Assembly (NCBI GenBank): GCA_018647605.1
Contig: JABGSU010000208.1
Span: 1 to 42,113 of the forward strand
DNA length: 42,113 bases
Direction: 5' to 3'
Source of the DNA: Flavobacteriaceae bacterium
Lineage (GTDB): Bacteria > Bacteroidota > Bacteroidia > Flavobacteriales > Flavobacteriaceae
Shown: piece by piece, positions 38,586 through 42,113 of the stretch
Layout of the letters: the number at the start of each line of letters is the position of its first letter
How positions within the stretch are numbered: the first letter of the stretch is position 1
Position numbers and translations under genes: made by a program
Notes under the pieces: model-generated
Seen by the model: only the letters and a program-made list of their open reading frames with translations
Told to the model about the DNA's origin: nothing
Database searches by the model: none

Positions 38586-38939
38586 TACATCGATTCTTTG
38601 GTGCAAGCTGTCTTGAGGTTGACGTATTTGATAAAAAAGGCATACAATACAGTCCTAGAGAATGGTTTGTTAGTTATAAAAATGAGGAGGTGGTTAGAAG
38701 GGCCGTACTCTTTAGATAAACAATCAACAGAAATCGAAATTAAAGGAACTCAAAAAGCTGGCAGTACAATGACACCTTAAACCTACAAAAAGAGTACCGC
38801 TGATTTTGATTATACTTATGTACCCAGGGATATCGTACGTGAAGTAAGGACTTGGAAAGATAAAGGATATTTTTCGCCAATTCCACAAACGGAAATCAAT
38901 AAATCTCCTAATCTTATCCAAAATCCAGGGAATAATTAG
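38586..38939 (+). pseudogene. SusD/RagB-family gene remnant (C-terminal ~115 codons only, interrupted by an in-frame TAA at 38778-38780)
   Basis: The frame from 38781 reads TYKKSTADFDYTYVPRDIVREVRTWKDKGYFSPIPQTEINKSPNLIQNPGNN*, the canonical SusD C-terminus (compare FPIPLEEINLAN...GQNPGY in the intact SusD at 16442). The same frame upstream of the TAA contains KMRRWLEG, a degraded ERRxELxxEG box. There is no susC and no SusD N-terminus upstream. Confidence 0.7.
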
Positions 38940-38970
38940 AAATTTTGGTTATTTCATTTTTTGAGTTAAT

Positions 38971-39004
38971 AAAAACCTTGCAAGCAAATGCAAGGTTTTT
39001 TTTC
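38971..39004 (+). terminator. strong rho-independent terminator
   Basis: AAAAACCTTGCA-AGCAAA-TGCAAGGTTTTTTTT: a perfect stem of at least 9 bp followed by a T-run, 32 nt after the stop of the SusD remnant. Confidence 0.8.
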
Positions 39005-39079
39005 TTGTTTTTTAAATTTAAAAAAAATTACCTTTAAGTTTTTACAATAATCATAATTAATTCTTGTAACAAAGAATCA

Positions 39080-39280
39080 ATGCCATTTGAGAAAATGAGT
39101 CAAAACGTTACTAACATTGATTTTGTAAACAATCTTTACGGAACAGATAAATTTCTCTCTACAAAACTCACACACCCCTATACAAACACCCCCATTAAAG
39201 GCATCACTAAAAGCTACGTTAAATCAATGATGATAGTGGTTTACAATGGATTTGGATTGGTCCCAACCTTGTGGACTTAG
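39080..39280 (+). CDS. hypothetical 66-aa ORF (possibly non-functional)
   Basis: ORF track only; I recognise no motif. Its stop codon (39278-39280) is the first three bases of repeat copy A. Confidence 0.2.
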   Translation: MPFEKMSQNVTNIDFVNNLYGTDKFLSTKLTHPYTNTPIKGITKSYVKSMMIVVYNGFGLVPTLWT

Positions 39281-39385
39281 GTTATATCTAAATATACACT
39301 CAATTGACTCTTAGAAAAAACCTTTCTACAAAACCTACCCCACCGTCAGGTAATCACATAGGTAGAAAAGTTTTTGGGTTATTTA
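39278..39385 (+). repeat. copy A of a ~105-bp conserved non-coding element
   Basis: It has a 5' box TAGGTTATATCTAAATATACAC and a 3' core TTCTACAAAACCTACCCCACCGTCAGGTAATCACATAGGTAGAAAAGTTTTTGGG. By hand alignment the 3' core matches copy B at 58 of 66 columns. Confidence 0.8.
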
Positions 39386-39434
39386 ACAATCACTAAAATT
39401 TGTCAGTATTGAACTATTTTTTCTATTTTTAGAA

Positions 39435-40319
39435 ATGAAAAAAAATATTCTCTGCTTATTTTTTATAATATTTCTTTTAAAAGCAAATGCTCAAAGGAAA
39501 CTTCAATTACAAAAAATAAATTCTGAAAATAAGCCATGGACTTATGACAGAGTAAATGATCATAAAAACAAATTTAATTTTGTAGTTGTTGCCGATAGAA
39601 CCGGAGGCGAACGTAAAGGGGTTTGGCAAAAAGGTATTAAAAAAATTAATCTGATGCAGCCAGCTTTCGTAGTTAGTGTTGGAGACTTGATTAATGGTTA
39701 TACCAAAGATCTTGATACAATAAATGCTGAATGGGAGGAGTTTAATTCGTTTGTAAAAAAACTTGAAATGCCTTTTTTTTATGTTGCAGGAAACCACGAC
39801 TACACAAATGATGTAATGGAGAATGAGTGGTTTAAAAGATTTGGTTCAGACTACTACCATTTTTTATATAAAAATATACTTTTTATATGCTTGAATTCAG
39901 AGCACGGTCATACAGCTCTAAAAAATCCTGATTTAGGAGAGGAACAAGTTGAATTTGTAGAAAAAATTCTCAGAAAAAATCCAAATGTTGATTGGACAAT
40001 GATATTTATGCACCAACCTCTTTGGCTCAGGGAAAGTGGAAAGAATTGGTTAAAAGTTGAAAATCTTCTTAAAGAAAGAAAACACACTGTGTTCACTGGT
40101 CACCATCATAATTATAAATTGTATGAAAGAAATAAAAACGATTATTTTGTTCTTGCGACAATGGGTGGTGGAAGTAAATTAAGAGGAGATGAACACGGTG
40201 AATTCGATCATTTTATGTTCATTACAATGACTGAAAGTGGACCTTATTTTTCAAATCTTAAACTAGATGGAATTGAAGATAAAAATATCCGAAAAGAAAA
40301 AACTTCATCTGGCTTTTGA
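39435..40319 (+). CDS. secreted calcineurin-like metallophosphoesterase
   Basis: 294-aa ORF with a signal peptide. The ordered motifs VVVADRTGG, VGDLINGY (GDxx), GNHDY (GNHD/E), MHQPLW and GHHHNY match the metallophosphoesterase signature. Confidence 0.8.
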   Translation: MKKNILCLFFIIFLLKANAQRKLQLQKINSENKPWTYDRVNDHKNKFNFVVVADRTGGERKGVWQKGIKKINLMQPAFVVSVGDLINGYTKDLDTINAEWEEFNSFVKKLEMPFFYVAGNHDYTNDVMENEWFKRFGSDYYHFLYKNILFICLNSEHGHTALKNPDLGEEQVEFVEKILRKNPNVDWTMIFMHQPLWLRESGKNWLKVENLLKERKHTVFTGHHHNYKLYERNKNDYFVLATMGGGSKLRGDEHGEFDHFMFITMTESGPYFSNLKLDGIEDKNIRKEKTSSGF

Positions 40320-40511
40320 ATACAATGTTATAATCAATATTCTTTACAATACGCCTGGGTTTTTTAGGGAATATTCCTTTCTAGAAAAACACTTGCGTAT
40401 TTTAGAAGTCTAAGCCCCTTAAAAACAGTTAAATCGCTTTGAACTAAGTGAAGGAAATTGCATCAACCACTAAAGTTAAAAAAAACACCATTTTTGATCA
40501 ATTTTGACTCA

Positions 40512-40557
40512 TTTTTGGCTATTTTTTACACTTTTTGGCTGTTTTTTACACTTTTTG
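40512..40557. repeat. 20-bp tandem direct repeat, about 2.3 units
   Basis: TTTTTGGCTATTTTTTACAC / TTTTTGGCTGTTTTTTACAC / TTTTTG..., with one A/G difference. It lies immediately 5' of repeat copy B. Confidence 0.85.
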
Positions 40558-40561
40558 AATT

Positions 40562-40668
40562 TGGGTTATATCTATATACACAATCTATTTACTCTAGGAA
40601 AAACCATTCTACAAAACCCACCCCACCGTCAGGTATTCAGATAGGTTAGAAAGTTTTTAGGATTTTAT
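40562..40668 (+). repeat. copy B of the ~105-bp element
   Basis: GGGTTATATCTATATACACA...TTCTACAAAACCCACCCCACCGTCAGGTATTCAGATAGGTTAGAAAGTTTTTAGGATTTTA. Confidence 0.8.
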
Positions 40669-40732
40669 ATGTCCCATATCCACTCTAAGGGTACGGGACA
40701 GTTTAGAAAAAATCCAGCAATAATAAACATCC

Positions 40733-40882
40733 CTAAATAGTGAAAACTTGATTCGGGTATATTTTATACCCTTTTTCGAAAAGGCTCTCTTCATTACTCG
40801 TCTTACGAGCGCAGGAAATAACATCAATTTCGCTGTATAAATTTGGGTCATGATTTGGGTCTTCGACCGTGTTAACCATCAT
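40733..40882 (-). CDS. hypothetical 49-aa ORF (below the ORF-track cut-off), possibly a gene fragment
   Basis: My translation is MMVNTVEDPNHDPNLYSEIDVISCARKTSNEESLFEKGYKIYPNQVFTI. Its composition looks protein-like, unlike the surrounding T-rich ORFs. I recognise no motif. Confidence 0.2.
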   Translation of the reverse strand: MMVNTVEDPNHDPNLYSEIDVISCARKTSNEESLFEKGYKIYPNQVFTI

Positions 40883-40995
40883 TGAAATTTTAACAATTTC
40901 ATCACTTGTAGAAAAACAAAGTTGGTGAAAGTTGTCGTTGTCATCTATATCTGCTATTATTCATAAAGAGTGTGCTGAACAAGTTTTCGCAAATG

Positions 40996-41011
40996 CCCCA
41001 CTGTCAGGTAT
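40996..41011 (+). repeat. partial copy E of the element core
   Basis: CCCCACTGTCAGGTAT matches the core CCCCACCGTCAGGTAT at 15 of 16 positions. It is preceded by ATAAAGAGTGTGCTGAACAA, which resembles ATAAAGAGGTGCTGGGCAA upstream of copy D. Confidence 0.45.
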
Positions 41012-41304
41012 GGGATATAAGATGAAACCAAACTTTAAAGTTGAGATGATTGATAAGAATATCAAATGAGATTTGTTATTGAGAAGTACGCTTTTGTGAT
41101 AACACCCATTGTTTAATTGCTTTGGGCTTAGTAAAAGTTGTTTTTTGAATATTATAAAGTCTTCATTTTATTAAACTTAATAGCAATAATTATTGTCAAC
41201 ACTAGTAATTTATTTAAAGCCTCCATAACATAACCAACGGCAAGTCTTAACTTACTTCATTAGTAGCTTGTTTAATTCTTGGTATGACTTACAGTAGATG
41301 TGCC

Positions 41305-41411
41305 TGTGGTTTAGGTTATATACTATTATTCGAACGCTACCCCAAAAGAAAAACCATTCTACAACCCCCCTAGCGTTTGGCATTCCGACTCTTAAACACA
41401 TTAGGGTTTTA
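41305..41411 (+). repeat. copy C of the ~105-bp element (3' half diverged)
   Basis: TGTGGTTTAGGTTATATACTATTATTC...AGAAAAACCATTCTACAACCCCCC..GCATTCCGA...TTAGGGTTTTA. The junction TGTGG(T/A)(T/C)TTAGGTTATAT is shared with copy A. Confidence 0.6.
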
Positions 41412-41837
41412 CGCATATTTAAATTATATTTGAGGATTGCTATTCACGTAGCGGTTTTTACTTAAAAGGTATGATTAGTATGGTTGCTACTCATATCTTT
41501 TTTGTTTTATCCGCTATGGTATCGAAATTCTTAAATATGAAAGGGGTTGTAAATTCAATTTGAATCTATTGCATAGCAGTTTTAACTTGAAATTTAGATG
41601 TTTCAATATACTTTAAATAGCATAATAAAAACACTGCTCTTACCTTGTTAGAGGTTTAATTAGTTTAATTAGTGTTTATTTACCCTCGCTAAAGTCAAGA
41701 GGACATTACTTAGACGTCTATGATAATTTTAGTGGGGGGTTTTTATTTCAGGTTATAGGCACAATAACAGTTCAGCAATAGCTATTTAGATATAAAGAGG
41801 TGCTGGGCAATATAATATTATATCAGCTATAGTCTTT

Positions 41838-41908
41838 AAAGAAAATCATTTTACAAAACCCACCCCCACCATCAGGTAATCATATAGGTTAGAAAGTTTT
41901 TAGATTTT
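41838..41908 (+). repeat. copy D of the element (3' core; a possible 5' box CAGGTTATAGGCAC lies at ~41750 with inserted sequence between)
   Basis: AAAGAAAATCATTTTACAAAACCCACCCCCACCATCAGGTAATCATATAGGTTAGAAAGTTTTTAGATTTTA is near-identical to the copy B core. Confidence 0.75.
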
Positions 41909-41950
41909 AAAAAAAAGACAGGTTTGTTGCCAATATGTTGCCAGAATGAA

Positions 41951-41991
41951 AACAAAAAACCCGTAACGTCATGTAAAATAGTCAGTTACGG
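41951..41991 (-). terminator. putative terminator downstream of tRNA-Leu
   Basis: The minus strand reads CCGTAAC-(17 nt)-GTTACGG followed by GTTTTTTGTTTTC, starting about 10 nt after the tRNA 3' end. Confidence 0.5.
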
Positions 41992-42001
41992 ATTCTTAAA
42001 G

Positions 42002-42086
42002 TACTCGAGGCGGGACTTGAACCCGCACGACCGCAATGGTCATTGGATTTTAAGTCCAACGTGTCTACCAATTCCACCACTCGAGC
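42002..42086 (-). tRNA. tRNA-Leu, anticodon TAA
   Basis: The minus strand reads GCTCGAG-TG-GTGGAATTGGTAGACAC-G-TTGGA-CTTAAAA-TCCAA-TGACCATTGCGGTCG-TGCGGGTTCAAGTCCCGC-CTCGAGT-A. It folds as a 7-bp acceptor stem (G1.U72 wobble), D arm, anticodon loop CTTAAAA, a long variable arm (class II, as in Leu) and a GTTCAAGTC T-loop. No CCA is encoded. Confidence 0.9.
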
Positions 42087-42113
42087 CGGACTCAGATTAA
42101 AAGAGCGAAAGAC

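Noticed and set aside
38598-38921. Track ORFs 38598-38780 (+) and 38724-38921 (-) as independent small genes.
   Set aside because: The plus-strand ORF is the upstream part of the SusD remnant frame, ending at the in-frame TAA. The minus-strand ORF is antisense to the recognisable SusD C-terminus.
40458-40851. Track ORFs 40458-40649 (+, 63 aa) and 40657-40851 (-, 64 aa) as genes.
   Set aside because: The first is translated straight through the T-rich 20-bp tandem repeat and repeat copy B. The second has basic, low-complexity composition and overlaps a more protein-like frame. Neither has motif support.
41654-41672. Short tandem GTTTAATTA-GTTTAATTA in the non-coding stretch.
   Set aside because: Two 9-bp AT-rich units are within chance expectation for this composition, and there is no further periodicity.
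41798-41830. GGTGCTGGGCAATATAATATTATATCAGC as a dif/Xer recombination site. It begins like E. coli dif (GGTGCGCATAA...) and contains the 14-bp palindrome ATATAATATTATAT.
   Set aside because: There is no match to the XerD arm (TTATGTTAAAT), and spacing of the putative arms is wrong. An AT-only palindrome is expected by chance in DNA this AT-rich.
39278-41908. The 105-bp repeats as integron attC sites (a CALIN-like cassette array).
   Set aside because: Heptamers resembling GTTRRRY and RYYYAAC exist (GTTATAT at the 5' end, ATTTAAC at the 3' end of copy A). They are in the wrong relative order for an attC in either orientation. The element has no overall imperfect-palindrome symmetry (no R''/L''-L'/R' pairing), and no intI is present in the window.
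39278-41908. The repeats as a CRISPR array or as DGR template/variable repeats.
   Set aside because: The units are about 105 bp with irregular spacers of 0.4-1.2 kb. One spacer contains a normal gene. No cas genes and no reverse transcriptase are present, and differences between copies are not adenine-specific.
39278-41908. The repeats as conserved 3' ends or leader peptides of a small-peptide (RiPP/bacteriocin-like) gene family. For example, the short frame MTYSRCACGLGYILLFERYPKRKTILQPP runs across copy C.
   Set aside because: Single-nucleotide indels between copies shift the frame, and copy A has stops in every frame within the element. No peptide is conserved across copies.
40320-42000. 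A hidden housekeeping ncRNA (RNase P RNA, tmRNA, SRP/4.5S or 6S) in the 1.7-kb ORF-free stretch.
   Set aside because: I looked for signature strings (GAGGAAAGTCC of RNase P, the tRNA-like GGTTCGAATCC...CCA end of tmRNA, and the GGAA tetraloop helix of SRP RNA) on both strands and found none. CCGTCAGGTA in the repeat core only superficially resembles the SRP CCAGGTCAGGTCC segment.
38420-42001. A duplicated tRNA-Leu 3' segment (attL/attR-type direct repeat) marking an integrated element.
   Set aside because: I scanned the interval by eye for the tRNA 3' half (GGTTCAAGTCCCGCCTCGAGTA, or its complement as written on the plus strand) and found no second copy. An att repeat could still lie beyond the window.

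Overview
This is an AT-rich chromosomal segment with the hallmarks of a marine Flavobacteriia (Bacteroidota) genome: SusC/SusD pairs, a GLPGLI protein and many lipoprotein signal peptides ending in Cys. All family calls come from motifs I recognised by eye in the supplied translations; no searches were run.

Layout from left to right:
1. 1-6018: a fatty-acid beta-oxidation and electron-transfer block. It holds a thiolase (truncated by the window edge), a fused 3-hydroxyacyl-CoA dehydrogenase/enoyl-CoA hydratase, an SCP2 protein, a tiny AraC-like ORF and etfB-etfA.
2. 6122-24264, all on the minus strand: a complete laminarin-type beta-1,3-glucan polysaccharide utilization locus (PUL). Gene order is transmembrane Y_Y_Y/LuxR regulator, SusC, SusD, PKD/TSP3 surface glycan-binding lipoprotein, GH16, a 1155-aa GH94-clan (GH149-like) putative beta-1,3-glucan phosphorylase, GH17, an unassigned clan GH-A lipoprotein and a GPH/MFS symporter.
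3. 24439-28859: an alpha/beta-hydrolase, then a large outer-membrane barrel paired with a GLPGLI protein.
4. 28993-35637: an EamA transporter, two S1 sulfatases, a TAT-exported Gfo/Idh/MocA oxidoreductase and an EEP phosphoesterase, with no SusC/D.
5. 35735-38419: a sodium:solute symporter co-oriented with an SsuD-like FMNH2-dependent alkanesulfonate monooxygenase.
6. 38420-42000: a decayed, gene-poor accessory stretch ending at tRNA-Leu(TAA). It contains a SusD C-terminal pseudogene fragment, one intact metallophosphoesterase gene, and at least four same-orientation copies of a conserved ~105-bp non-coding element that I cannot assign to any known family.

That repeat array next to the tRNA is the most unusual thing I see. 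The SsuD+symporter module, the OMP+GLPGLI pair and the unassigned GH-A enzyme are the other leads.
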